64,000 bases of DNA from Octopus vulgaris (GCA_951406725.2 OX597827.1:43090001-43154000); one strand, 5' to 3'; counted from the first letter of the stretch, positions 49,454 through 63,248 are shown. The notes: generated by a model from the sequence alone, not told the origin. Translations and numbers: made by a program.

Positions 49454-50724
49454 GTAAGTCTTGCTCTGCTATTATCACCCTGTCACTGTTATTATCGCAA
49501 ACAACTTGTGACATTTGTTGACATACTTTCCTGTACATCATTCAAATCTTTCTGGATTCAGTTAAAATACCGGATAGAGTACCAAGTGTTCAACTGCTGG
49601 TACTCAATGAAATAAAGTACCAGTCAAGTAGGGGGGGGGGGGCTCAATGGTGTTGATTAATCTCCTCTCCCTTCGAAGTTACTGGTCTTGTGCCCTAAAT
49701 CAGAAAAGCAGCAAACTGGCCGAATCTTTGGAACATTGGACAAAATGTCTTGCAGTATTTCACACTGCTCTTTATGGTCTGAGCTTGATTCTTGCAAGGG
49801 ACCGCTTTGGCCTTCATCCCTCTCAGTTCAAATCCTGCTGAGGTCAAACACCTGCCCACTCACCCGCTTCCAGGTCGTTAAACAGGTGCCAGAAGTGTTC
49901 AGGATTTAGATCTTTCCTCTAACTGTAGTAAGATCTTGTATAGTTTGATCTTGGGACCTAGTGCAAGTTTTTGAGGGAGACAGAAAATTCTAATGTTCCC
50001 TCTTTTAATTTCTAGATGTTTCTGTTGCTTTATCAAAGCCACCTTCCACCTGACCCTGCCACCAATCTTCCTCCATGAGGCACCGGTGTCCAGATGGTTG
50101 CATCCTGTGCCCTCTGCATCATGCACTAGCATCCTGAAGAACATAATTGATTGTGCATTCCTAGATTAAATATACGCAGAAATGAAAACAAAATGGTCTT
50201 ACAGTAAAAGAGATTGGCAATGGGAAGCGCATCTGCCCATGAAGACCCATGCCAAATCTGACATGGAGCGTGATGCAGTCCTGTGGATCAACGGTGATGA
50301 TGATCATCATCATCATTAATGGTTCGCCTTTGATTTGGGTATAAACCATCACAATAGTAACATCATAACTATCATATGAGAGAACCTTCTATGTTGGCTG
50401 ACTGATCTGCCAGAGATGCACTCCCACCCCATTCACCACTGTCCCACCAACTGTTGAGCTCTGATTGGGTGTAACTTGCCCACCTCAGCTGTAACTGCTT
50501 CTATCGCTGGTGGGCATTCGAGTGTAAACTGACCCCCCTGGAGGAGAGAGAGAGGGTGTGTGTGATTTATGTAAATTGTTACGCTTCACCACATGTGATT
50601 CACCTATGCTTGACTGAGAGTGCTGTACGATTGATGCTCAGCTGGATGGAAGCATGGAGGGACTGGAGCAAGAAATCTTGCTCATTGTTGCTCATTGTAT
50701 TAGGTATATATGTGTGTATGTATA

Positions 50725-50755
<31 letters not shown>

Positions 50756-53540
50756 ATGTATGTATGTATGTATGTATGTATGTATGTTAGTAGTGTATCT
50801 AGGTGACATGACTGCTGTCACAAATGGGTTTTGTTAATTGGGTGAAGGCGATATAACAAGCAGGGAATATGTATAAATGTGTATGTATGTGTGTGTGTGT
50901 GTGTGTGTGGATATGTCAATATATGAGTATGTGTGTGTGTGTGTGCATGTGCTTATGTGTCACTAATGTAGAAAAGATAGCAGCAGTCTGTCTGCTTTCT
51001 TGGCTGGAAGCCCAAGCAATGCTGGTTGATAATGGCTTGGTATTGCTGTCAGCTGAGACAGCTTGTTTTGAGATAGAAAAGATAGGCAGATAGATAAACA
51101 GATAGATAAATAGATAGATAGATATATAGATAGATAGCGATAGATAGATAGATAGATATATAGTGAACATTTTTTAAATATGCAAAAAAAAAAATCTACA
51201 GGAAAGAAAGTTTTTTTTTCTTTTTTTTTTATATATATATAAATTTATTCCGGCTGAAGAGATTGTTTTTTTCCTTCAGTTTGTGCAACTAGTTCTTACA
51301 AATTATATCTGATTTGAGGAAAATTGGAAGGATTTGCTAGAATGGAAACGGTGTAAGTGGTGGGTACATTTGTGTGTGTATATGTGTACATATGTTTACA
51401 TGGAGTGAATATATCACTCTATATGCATATACATATTCATATACATATCTACATTATATCTCTTTTGTCTGCTTTTTTTCTATGCTGACGTAAGTTTGAG
51501 TAGAGATTTGTTGAGAAGCTTTCTACAGCCAAATGCTCTTCCTGTCACCAACACTATATATATATCTTATCAGTTAGTTGCTCATAAATCTGAACAGAAG
51601 CACATACAAAATGATTAATATGGCAGACATATTTTAATATTTCGTTTTCCACCACATTTCTTAAAAATCATCGTAGAGGCCTTGGTATCGGGACCACTCG
51701 TATCTAGAAACTGAGGTTGGGGGGTAAGGAAGGGCATGCTCCCCTAAGAAAATCCAGCTCCAGAAAAGCCTCCATGATACCAAAGGAGAATGGGCACCAG
51801 GCAGCCCAAAGGTCGGGGTGGGCTGCATCTGCCTACCTCGATTGCTATGGTAGATCCAGCCACTCCCCTGTCCCCTGCTAATGAGAACAAAACCCAGATT
51901 TGAAACACTGGATGATGATGATGGGCAGTTTATTACTGGATATGGCATATAATTGACAAGAATGTTACCATTGGTTTCACATTGATTCTTTTATAAGGTA
52001 ATATTGATGACACTGTATATACATGCAGACGTACACACACACACACACATACACACACACACACACATACACACACACAAACTATTGAGTGTTCTTGCTG
52101 ATGGATTAAGAACAACAACATCACAACCCCAATGTCATGGCACCAGTGCTGTGGGAACCAATATGATCCTGTTTTCTACATGAAAAGCACAAAAGAGCTA
52201 CACGAAGAGATTAACAATAAACAATGTTGAAAACAAAAAGCTGAGGCTTAGGCTTTTCTGGCACTAATGACTGGAAGGTGCACTTAGAATTATTGGAAGT
52301 GCTCATGTTCCCAAAACAACATTGTGGTCACGAAGTAGTGTCTTAGTCTTACGGTATTGTCTGACTTCAGAAGCGAAACTGAAAAAAAGGTTCTGAATCT
52401 TGGGTTGATGGTGAACTTGGAAAAATGATATACAATGGGCATAGACACACAGGAGCCGTAATTATGAAGGGCTTAGAGGACTGTATTTGGCGTGTGGAGG
52501 GATAAGGACTTTGGTAGAGGGTGGGTTCTTGTGACTTTTTTGTGCTTGGTCCAGTTAGGGTTTGGAAGGGTAGCTGAGCAGTGATTTAGGTCTTGGAGAA
52601 GGAAACAGAGAGGTTTCTTGATGGATGTGGGAGAGACTTGTTAAGTAAAGACTGAAAGCTCTTTTGTGTGTGTGTGTGTGTGAGCGTGTGCACATGGATG
52701 TATGTGTTTATACGCACAGACATATGCGCATAGAGATAGCTAGATAGATGGCTAGATAGATAGATAAAAAGTTGGATAGATATTGGTGGTAAGAAGGGCA
52801 TCTAGAAATCATACGATCATGGTAAACAGATGTTAAATGATGCTGATAATGATATGAATATGCATACACACACATATATAAATATATATCCATGTATATA
52901 TGTGTGTGTGTGTGTGTGTGTATGTATGTCTATATATGTGTGTGTGTATGTATGTGTATATATGTGTGTGTGTATGTGAGTGTGTGTGTGAATATAAGAG
53001 AACTTCTCTAAATATAACAGTAGCAGTCATACATCTATTTGTTCACGCAATGTACACACACACACACACATACACACACACTTACACACACACGTATGTG
53101 TGTGTTTGAGAGTGTGTGTGTGTGTGTGTGTATGTCACTAATGTACAAAAGACAGCAGTCTTTCTGCTTTCCTGACAAGAAGCCAATGCAATGCTGGTTG
53201 ATAATGACTTGCTTGGTACAGCTATCAGCTGAGACAGGTCACCTAGGTAACAGAAGCAATCACCTACTTGAGGAAAGCCTCTGATGCTTTGAAAGACTAA
53301 ATATATTTGTATGTGTGTGTAACAGATTCGAGTTTAACATGCGTTAGAGCTGCGAAGACACAGTGCCTGTCTGGTTGAACTTAATGTAATCAATGCAGTC
53401 AACATGTGGGATTACAGATCGACTAATCTAGGGGTTTCAGTTCCACAACATGGCACCTTCAGTAAGTGCCTTCTCCTTTAACCCTAGGCAGAACCACTGC
53501 CTTGTGAGTGATTTGATAGGCAGAAACTGTGTGAACCCCC

Positions 53541-53571
<31 letters not shown>

Positions 53572-55410
53572 TACAATGACTAAAACAAGTTGAAGGAAAA
53601 AAAAATCATGATAAAACATACCATGCCACCATGCAACCAAGTATGTCTTGGTAGCATGTACCATGCTTTTGCAAATTGTTTTAGGGCCCTGTGTTGTCAC
53701 AAGCTGACATAGCTACCTTCTTAACACTTACCTCACCCACGGCTCAGTGGTCACCCAGGACAAGACAACTGGGGGGAGATAGGGTTGTATGAACTCCCAG
53801 TCAGTGCTCATTACAGCTAAGCAGCCTAGTGCAATGTGAAATGAAGTGCCTTGTTCAAGGGTACAGTGTACTACCTAGTCCTGGAATTGAACTCGTGACC
53901 ATGTGTTTGTGTGCCCAACACTCTGACCACTGAGTTTGCATGTTGTGTTTGTGTATACATGTGTGAATGTGTGCCAGTATATAGTTTTGTAAATACGTGT
54001 GAGTTTAGAGTGAGCTCTTCATTCCTGCCCCAAAACTCCCAAGAGCTTGAAGAGTCCTTTTGTAGCTGACCTTTTACTTGTCAATTTTGCAATGTGGCCA
54101 CTGCTTACTGTAGTGACATCTACTCCCAGCCCTTAACAATATCAAGGAGCCAACAAGGGAACCTGGATGGAGGTCGCTTGGCCTGCTGGAACCAGTAGGC
54201 ACATCTCCCTTAAATAATGTTGGTTATATCAACCATTAGTCCTTGAAAGTCCCTCATATACTAATACACATGATGGATGGTTAGTGTTGGAATGTCATTG
54301 CTTTATGAAGTCTGTTCCATTAGCTTTGGCCTGGGGTTAAACAGAGATGACTGTGACAAAGCTGAGTGCTGCATCTACATTTGTGCCCCTCCAGGGTTGT
54401 TGGAATGGATGTCTGCTATTGACTGAGACCGATTTTATGGCATTGAATATATATTTCTGCTTGCTAAAAAATAAGTTTTGTTTTTAATTAAATTAGAAAA
54501 ATACACCCCATTTTCTGTGCCTCCTTTAAACAAAATTACCATTTTATTTATTTATTTATTTATTTATTTATTAACTGGTAAAAAAACTGGAGTCATCATA
54601 AGTTAGTCATTAAAGGCAGTGCTAGAATAGTTGAAGAATGATTCACCAAAAAATATCTTGTGGTTTTCATTTTTTTTTTTGTCTTTTTCTCAGTAACCAG
54701 GTCTGTCTTGTTTGTTCATAAAAACATATAACACCCCTCTCTCTCCTCCCAAACAAATCCCTCTTTTTTTTCCCCACCTCCTCCTCCACTACTAGGAAAA
54801 GAAATTTGCATTTCTATCTGGAATTTTTATCTTCACACGATTTTGTTTTATTTGGTCTGTTTTTGATGCTGTGCTTAAAGCGCCGTTGTTGATGCCATTG
54901 ATGTTTATTCAGCTCTGCTCCTGTTGCACCCGCGATGCCAAAGTAACCTGATTAAATATTTCGTGAAGCATATTTCTAATGATATTACACAACTTCCATT
55001 ATGTGATATTTAATTAAGTTTTTTTTTTTTTTTTTTTTTTAAATAATAATAATAATCAAGAATTTCATAGGGATTTCGTTACAATATCAGAACTTCCTCA
55101 TTATTCAAGCTGGCATTCGAAACATAAGTTAACAAGAAATGTATACACACACAAAAAAAAAAAAATGCTGGAATATCTTCATTTAAATTAGAGCCCCTTT
55201 AAAAGCAGCAGAGTTTGCATTACAAACACAGCGGGGTGGTCTCAAGGCAGGTTTAATATCAAAAGGGTTAATGGAAAAAAATATTTAATATTTACTCTCT
55301 GTTGTGTGTTTCAAGTAATTATTAAGCTGTAACTTCATAGATCCCCCACATAGAATTATGGCGTTGGGAGTAAGCCTTTATTAATGATGTCTCGGAGTAA
55401 ATTCAGTTTT

Positions 55411-56212
55411 AAATCTTTAGCATCCAGATTACTCTATCAAACATAATGCTTATTTGTTCATATTGTTTTTCAATAAATCATGCACTATCTCATAGCTTTG
55501 TAATTTCAAAGCAGTGATTATTTATGATTTTAGAATGATAACTGTAGGGGACGTGTGAGAGGCTAGATCTGGCTGCTTTGAGCATAAAACTAGTAAAATA
55601 TTTAGGCTATGTCAGGAGTGTAACCAGTCCACTTATGCATACCTTTCCTTATTTGGACACTAAACTCTGCTTCCGAAGACCTGTTGAGGCAAGTGAAATC
55701 GAAATCGAAATCAAATTCGATGACTGGCATCCATGCTAGTGGAGCGGCAAGAATACCATACGAGCGTGATCATTGCCAGAGCAACAAGCTGGCCTCCGTG
55801 CCGATGGCACATAAAAGCACCATTCGACTGTGATTGTTACCTGCATCACCTTACTGGCACTTGTGCTGGTGGCACGTGAAAAAACATTTGAGCGAGGTCA
55901 TTGCCAGTGCCGCTGGACAGACTCATGTGCTGGTGGCACATAAAAAGCACCATTTGAACATCGCTGTTGCCAGTACCGCCTGACTGTCCCTCGTGCCAGT
56001 GGCACGTAAAAGCACCCACTACACTCTTGGAGTTGTTGGCATTAGGAAGGGCATCCAGCTGTAGAAACTCTGCCTAATCAGATTGGAGTCTGGTGCAGCC
56101 ATCTGGTTTGCCAGACCTCAGTGAAATCATCCAACCCATGCTAGCATGGAAAGCGGATGTTAAATGATGAAGGCGATGATGATGATGACAGCTGGTTTAA
56201 ATGCTAAAGGGA
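55411..56212. mobile_element. piggyBac-type MITE split by a family D SINE (55611-56188)
   Basis: 55411-55610 aligns to 24064-24255. The MITE end gctggtttaaatgctaaaggg resumes right after the SINE (GAT)n tail. Confidence 0.8.
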
Positions 56213-56865
56213 TAAATAATTGCTTATAACCAGCAGTGTAGCTTAAGTGTGGGCTGCCTGAGGTAGCCATTGAGTTTCCTCATCCTGCCCTCTATATAGA
56301 TTTATACAGCAGACCCGAAAGTGTTGCACCCCGTAAAAACATCACCCAGATCAAATTGCCACCCTTGTCTTCTCCAACAATGCTACTGCATATAATAATT
56401 TGGAGTGAAAATCCAAAGGATTGAAGAAAGGCAGAATGCTGTGTGGGTCTTGAACCCACATGTTAAAAATGTAGAATGTCACCCGTGGATCTTGAACCAT
56501 GCAATTTATGTGACTCAGATAAACGTGCTACCAATTACATCAAGGCAGTTGCCATTTTCTCTCTATCAAATTAAATGCTTTTATGTTTCAAACACCATTT
56601 TCATAATGTTAATCTCTTCTTTTTTTTTCTATTATTATATATGCTTCAATATTTTCAAAATAAACTAAAATGGAGGTGAGATTTTGTAGAGTTCGTTGAG
56701 GGAGATTTGGCTATTTCTTTGAGCATATCAAAATAGGTTATGTTCTTTGTTCTCAAGAACTCCTGATGAGGATTCCGCATTTCCAAAAGACATTTAACTG
56801 CGGTATTGAACCACTTGCACAATTCCTCAGAAGCTCTCCCTCTCTCTCTCTCATTGACTTCGTAC

Positions 56866-56912
<47 letters not shown>

Positions 56913-57600
56913 AAATGTGTGTGTGTGTTCAAAGTGAATGCCTCTTTTTTTTTTCTTTTTGTGTTTATCAAGTCAACCTAGTGATAAAAGATGTATGAAA
57001 CTTGTATTGCAAAACCAACATACTCTACATCCTGGATTGAATGCATTCTTCTTTTTCATTCACAAACTGCAACATCTGAATTCATGTGTGCATATGCATG
57101 TATGTTTATCATGGGGGACCACATGTCCTTCCTGAGCCATAGGCTCATAAGGCCACTTTTTCAGATTCTGGGACATATATACTTCCCCTCTGGATAGGAC
57201 ACTGGCCTGTCGTAGTATTACTCATTTTTGCTCCCTGATTGAAGTGGAGCCACTTGAAATGAATTGTTTCACGCAAGGACACAATGCCCAGTCCAGGAAT
57301 TGAAACCACTGTCTTACGACCACAAGTGCAGCACCACTAACCACCAAACCACATGCCTCATGTATATGCGGACATATATATCTTCATACATATCTAAGCA
57401 TATAGGTACACTCACACACACACACACATGCATCTGCGATGGCCTTGAGAGAAAAAAAAATTATAAAGTGAAAGTCATACCCTCCCTCTATATAACCTAT
57501 TACATCGCCAACCACAAATTCATTCTTACCTATAATAGATCTATTGTATTAGTGCTATTATTAGCACTATCATCATATTATCAGCAAGGTTATTGCAATT

Positions 57601-57647
<47 letters not shown>

Positions 57648-58186
57648 TATTATCATTGTCATCATCATCATCATCATCATCATCATTTGTTATTAATGTT
57701 GTTATCGCTGCTCTTTCATTCTCTGTTCCATAAATAGTTGAATCTATTCAAGCCTGATTGGTTGGAAGGTGTCAGAAGTTGGTTAATGACTCGTTTAAAG
57801 ATACTAACGGTATACCGGCAGCATGGTAGAAAGGGCGAAGCGGAGGTGGAGGTGGAGGAGAAGAGTGAGGGGGAAAGGGGGGGAGTAGAGGGGTTGTGGC
57901 TGTGAGTGAAAAAGAAGAAGAAGGAGGAGGAAAAAAATGCAATTGTTTTGTACAGATAAGCAGCTTATCTAATCGTGATCGGCAATCGGGCTTGGGCCTG
58001 AGATAAGCCGGAAACTAGCTGAGGTGGAATGGACTTAGGTACCTTTTGCATTTTCAAATACCTGTAATCACCATCGTCATTGTCATCGTCATTGTAATCG
58101 TCATCATCATCGTCACCACCACCACTATTATTATTGTTGTTATTAATATTATTATTATTATCATTATTATTATTATTATTCTTATT

Positions 58187-58810
58187 GAGATGGTGTGCTG
58201 GCAGAATCGTTAGCGTGCTGGACAAAATGCTTAGCAGTATTTCGCCGGTCACTATGTTCTGAGTTTGAATTCTGCTGAAGTTGACTTTGCCTTTCATCCT
58301 TTTGGGGTCAATAAAATAAGTACCAGTTGAACACTGGGGTCAGTGTAGTCAACTCATCCCCTCCCACCAAAATTGCTTCCTTGTGGCAAAATTTGGAATC
58401 ATCATCATTATTATTATTATTATTATTGTTGTTATGAGTTCTAATTCCACCGAGATCAACTTCGCCTTTCATCCTTTCGGTAGCAATCAAATAAGTACCA
58501 GTTAATCACTGGGGTCGATGTAATTGTCTGTCCTTGTTTGTCCCCTCTATGTTTAGCCCCTTGTGGACAATAAATAAATAAATAATAATTAATATTATTA
58601 TTATTATTACTATCATTATTATTATTATTATTATTGAGGTGGTGAGCTGGCAGAATTGTTAGCATGCCAGGCAAAATGCTTAGCGGTGTTTTGTCTGTCT
58701 TTATGTTCTGAATCCAAATTCCATTGGGGTCGACTTTGTCTTTCATCCTTTTGGTAGTGGGGGAGGGGTCAAGGAAATAAGTACCAGTTACACACCTCAA
58801 AATTTCTGCC
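58187..58810 (+). mobile_element. Cluster of three family A SINE copies separated by (ATT)n
   Basis: Repeated gctggcagaat..ttagc / gactttgcctttcatcctt / aaataagtaccagtt motifs. Confidence 0.8.
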
Positions 58811-60270
58811 ACGAACTGTCACCTGCTTCTAACTAAAATAACAGTTGCTATGGCCAGACACCTTTTTACATGACCCTGCTTGTGTGACAGTGACACTCAT
58901 TTTACAGCTCTCATGAGGACATGGCAAGCACATACAAATGCACATGTACACACACATACATATATATGATGGGCTTCTTTCAATTTCCAACTGCCAAATT
59001 CACTCACAAGGTTTTGGTCAGCTCAGGACTATACTAGAAGACATTTGCCCAAGGTGACTACTCTCCAGTGGGACTGAACCTAGAACCATATGGTTGGGAA
59101 ACACTAACTTGTTACTACACAGCCACCTGTGCTTACTATTCATGTATTTATATATAGATATATATGAAAATAAAATAAGGAAATAGGAAATTATGTCATG
59201 GACTTCATTGACTTACAGCTGTTTCTGCTACCAGATGTAATGCGCACATAGTTGAGCACATATAGCTTCATCAGAGCCTGCCTCTCTCTCTCTCTCTCTC
59301 TCCCTCTCCACACACACACACACAAACAGAAATACATACACATACACACACACACGTGTCCCTGTGTGTTTGCATGTATGAGTTAAAACGAAAGAAGATA
59401 TACAGAATTTCATACAAAGTACCACGTTGCAAGATAGCATTATACTCATAAAGTGAAAGAAAAACAAAAAAAAAAGAATAAAATATAAAGATAATACAAT
59501 AAACTATATTACTGATTTTTTTTTTCTAGGTAAAAAAAAAGTGGGTGGAAGGGTGGGAGTTGCATTATATTTTGTGATCATAGTGCACTTGAATAATTAC
59601 AGCAGTGTCTATTGTATACTGTTTGCTATTGTTTCTACTCAGGTAACCTTGTCAGTTCGTATGGGGTGTACATAGGTGGCTTTAGTTATTCTACAAGGAA
59701 TGGTCATTATCTTTGTACTGTTAATTGTTATGATAATAACAATAATAATCATAATTATCATGTACTTTATCTATTATGAAATAGAGAGTAGCCATTTGTT
59801 TTTGTTTTTGTTTGTTTCTTTTATTTAGTTATATTTTCATTTGGATATTGAACTTTTGTCCTTCTCTTCCTCTTACCTCATATTTTTTTTTGGGGGGTGG
59901 GTTTGTTGTTTTTGAATTGATTATTTGCTGTGGAATAACATTAGCTGTGACCGTCCAAAGTGTTGTCTCTGTGGTTAAGAAGTTTGCGTTGTAAATCATA
60001 GCTCAGAGTTCAGTCCTACTGGTGTGGCACTTTGTTTAAGTGTCACCCCTATCCATCCCCCCCCTGCCTATTTCTCTCTCTCCCTCCCTTCTCAGATCCT
60101 TGGGTTGACTCAGACTTTGCGCATGAAATGGGATTGGTTAGATGAAGACTGCGCAGAAGAAATCTGGTGAAAAGGAAAAGAGAACACATGTGTTTCACAA
60201 GTGGTTAAAATAGAAATTGGCAAAAGGATTTCTCATTCAGCTTAATGTATGTTGTGATCTGAGGCGGGTT

Positions 60271-60543
60271 AAAAGAGAGCTGACTCTGCTTCATAAGAAT
60301 TGCTTCAGGTAAAAGACACCTGAAAAAAGAGTTAATTCCCTTCTTTTGGATTTGCTACTTAAGTGTCTTTGGAAAAGGATACTTGAAAAGAGCTAATTTT
60401 TGTTCCTTGACATTTGCTTCATCAACGTCTGTGGCAAGGGACATCTGTAAAGAGTTGATCCTGTCCCCATAAGGTTCGCTTCATAGATGCCTATGGAAAG
60501 GGACACATGAAAAAGTGAGGCAGTTCTGTTGAGGTTTGCTTCC
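60271..60543. repeat. Diverged 62-bp-period tandem array (~4.5 units)
   Basis: Units start at 60311, 60373, 60435 and 60497, with shared blocks AARGGACAYCTGAAAAGAG, TTTGCTTC and GTCTRTGG. Confidence 0.8.
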
Positions 60544-61161
60544 ACTGACTCAGGAACAAAATTTGCTTAGGTCATGCAAACAAGGTCTTATTTTATAATT
60601 TTTTTAAATTTTGTTCTTTGATCTTTTACAGATCACCTTTTTATGCACTTTTTCCTAAACCTGAGCAAAGTAAGTAGGGGTGCAAATTTTGATTTGGTAC
60701 CCCCAAAATTTTAGGAGGTGCACATGCACCCCCCCCCAGTTCACAAGTTCAAGTTTACTTCCTGAAATATCTGTGGAAAGACAGCCGTAGGTCATTCTGT
60801 CCCGGCAAGGCGAAACCAAAATGAGGGAAGATTCTGACAGAAACAGCTTTGGCTTCTGTCTCAACAGACAAAATGTTTGCAAGACTACTACTATGGTCTC
60901 TGATTGGATAGAATAAAACATGTCAGGAGTAACCGGTGAATCGATAAAACGTCACCTGTTGCATGAAGATTTGAATGAGGTCAGCACAGGTCCATCCGAT
61001 GGATTGTACCTCATGAGTCATGGTTTCTCTTTCCTCCTTTCCCACCCCTCACCCTGTTTCAGAGACTCTGCAAAGGTCATCGTCATTGTTGCCCTGCTAC
61101 CTCTGACTAAACCATTAGAAATACAAGTTCTTGAAATATAAATGAAAATACACACATACAC

Positions 61162-61193
<32 letters not shown>

Positions 61194-61505
61194 GTACAGA
61201 TACACTAACAGACAGCTGTAAGACCAGTTGAGGATGTTATGTGTAATCTTACTTAATATGCAGGAAGTAGATAGTGGGGTGGGGGGGACTCTTCTTACCG
61301 TGGTGAGTGTACTGATCTACCGAAAGCTAACAATGACTGATAGTACACCAGTACACCCACCATAGTAAGAGTTCCTTAGAATGTGAGTTCAAATCAAGCT
61401 GTGGTCAACACTGTTATTCATTATTTCAGTATTGAGAAAATAAACTGAGTCTAAATTTTTGGCTTTGTGCCTGTGATGGTGTAATACAATATAGTTTGTT
61501 AGGAA

Positions 61506-62135
61506 AGGCGGTGAGCTGGTAGAATTGTTAGCACGCCGGGCGAAATGTATAGTGGTATTTTGTCTGCCGTTATGTTCTGAGTTCAAATTCCACCGAGGCC
61601 AACTTTGCCTTTCATCCATTCGGGGTCGATTAAATAAGTACCAGTTACGCACTGGAGTCGATATAATCGACTTAATCCGTTTGTCTGTCCTTGTTTGTCC
61701 TCTCTGTGTTTAGCCCCTTGTGGGTAGTAAAGAAATAGGTATTTCGTTTGTCTTTACAGTCTGAGTTCAAATTCCACCAAGGTTGACCTTGCCTTTTATC
61801 CTTTCGGTGTTGATAAATTAAGTAATGGTTGCACACTGGGGTCAATATAATCGACTGGCTCGCTCCCCCAAAATTTCGGGCCTTGTGCCTAGAATAGAAT
61901 AGAATATAGTTTGTTAGGAAAGGTGGCGAGCTGGCGGAAACATTAGCACACTGGGCAAAATGCTTAGCGGTATTACATCTGTCTTTACATTCTGAGTTCA
62001 AATTCCACTGAGGTCGACTTTGCCTTTTATCCTTTCGGGGTCGATAAATTAAGTACTAGTTGCATACTGGGGTCAATATAATCGACTGGCTCGCTTCCCC
62101 AAAATTTCAGGCCTTGAGCCTATAGAGTAGAAAAG
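61506..62135 (+). mobile_element. Head-to-tail family A SINE array
   Basis: One full copy, one partial copy and a second full copy, punctuated by AATATAGTTTGTTAGGAA at 61488, 61903 and 62136. Confidence 0.85.
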
Positions 62136-62363
62136 AATATAGTTTGTTAGGAAGAGCACTCGGCTGCTGGACTAAACACATTGTAGTTTAAACATCCTAG
62201 TTTCAAATAATGCTGGGGGTCATCTTCACCTTTCATTTCTATCGGTGTTGCCAACTGTGTAGTGCAGTGTAATGGGGTAGATCAATGTATTTGTCTGTAC
62301 CCTTCATTCAGCAGTTATGGCATTGGGCCAATTGTTGGAAACTTAATAGTTTGTTTATTATTA

Positions 62364-62594
62364 CGGTAGCAAGCTGGCAGAACTGTTAGCACACCAGGCA
62401 AAACGCTTGGCGGAATTTCGTCTGTTGTTGAATGTTCTGAGTTCAAATTCCACTGAAGTTGACTTTGCCTTTCATCTTCTTGGGGTTATTAAAATAAGTA
62501 CTAGTTGAACTTTGGTGGGGCTAGGGAGGGGATCAATGTAAGTGACTTAGCCCCCACCCTGTGAACTTGCTGGCGTTGTGCCGAAATTTGGGGT
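62364..62594 (+). mobile_element. SINE family A with 15-bp flanking direct repeat
   Basis: AATAGTTTGTTTATT at 62345-62359 and 62596-62610. Confidence 0.78.
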
Positions 62595-62929
62595 CAATAG
62601 TTTGTTTATTGTTTAGCATGTGAAGATTGATTTTCAGAGAAAGAAAAAAGGAAGAAAAAGGGGGAGGACTATCAATTGAGAGCGGAGAGTAAAAGAAAGA
62701 GGATGGACTAGCAAGAGGGAGATGAAATGGGGAAGAACCCAAGTGTTATTCACCATGTCCAACTCTTACCTTCCAAGTTCAAATCCTGCTAAAGTCAGCT
62801 TCACCTTTTATCTTTGTGCGCTCAATAAAATAAAGTACCGATCAAACAGTATGGTTGATGGGGGTCAACTAATTCCACCCCACCTAAATATTGCTGACCT
62901 TGTGTTCAAGTCAGAAACCATTACTGCCA

Positions 62930-63248
62930 CTCCGCCAGTTACGATGATGAGGGGTCCCAGTTGATCCAATGAGCAGAACAGCCTGCTTGTGAAATTAATG
63001 TGCATGTGGCTGGGCACTCCACAGACACACGTACCCTTAACATAGCTCTCATGGAGATTCAGCGCGACACAAAATATGACAAGGCTGGCCTTTTGAAACA
63101 CAAGTACTACTCATTTTTGCCAGCTGAGTGGACTGGAGCAATGTAAAATAAAGCGTCTTGCTCAAGCTCATAATGTCTCACCAGGAATTGAACTAATGAC
63201 GTTACGATTGTGAGGCAAATACCGTAACCCCTAAACCATGCGCTTTCA
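62930..63248 (-). mobile_element. SINE with tRNA head, CORE-like domain and family C body
   Basis: Reverse complement of the family C body joined to ctcatttttgccagctgagtggactggagcaa...ttgctcaag and ccaggaattgaact. Confidence 0.8.

Noticed and set aside
49899-50144. Minus-strand 81-aa ORF as a gene or LINE fragment
   Set aside because: No motif I can recognise. It may be an old TE remnant, but that cannot be supported without a search.
28310-59360. CACGTG E-boxes as an autoregulatory cluster for the Max network
   Set aside because: The sites are scattered and mostly lie inside SINE/LINE copies or at CA/TG microsatellite junctions; no evident enrichment.
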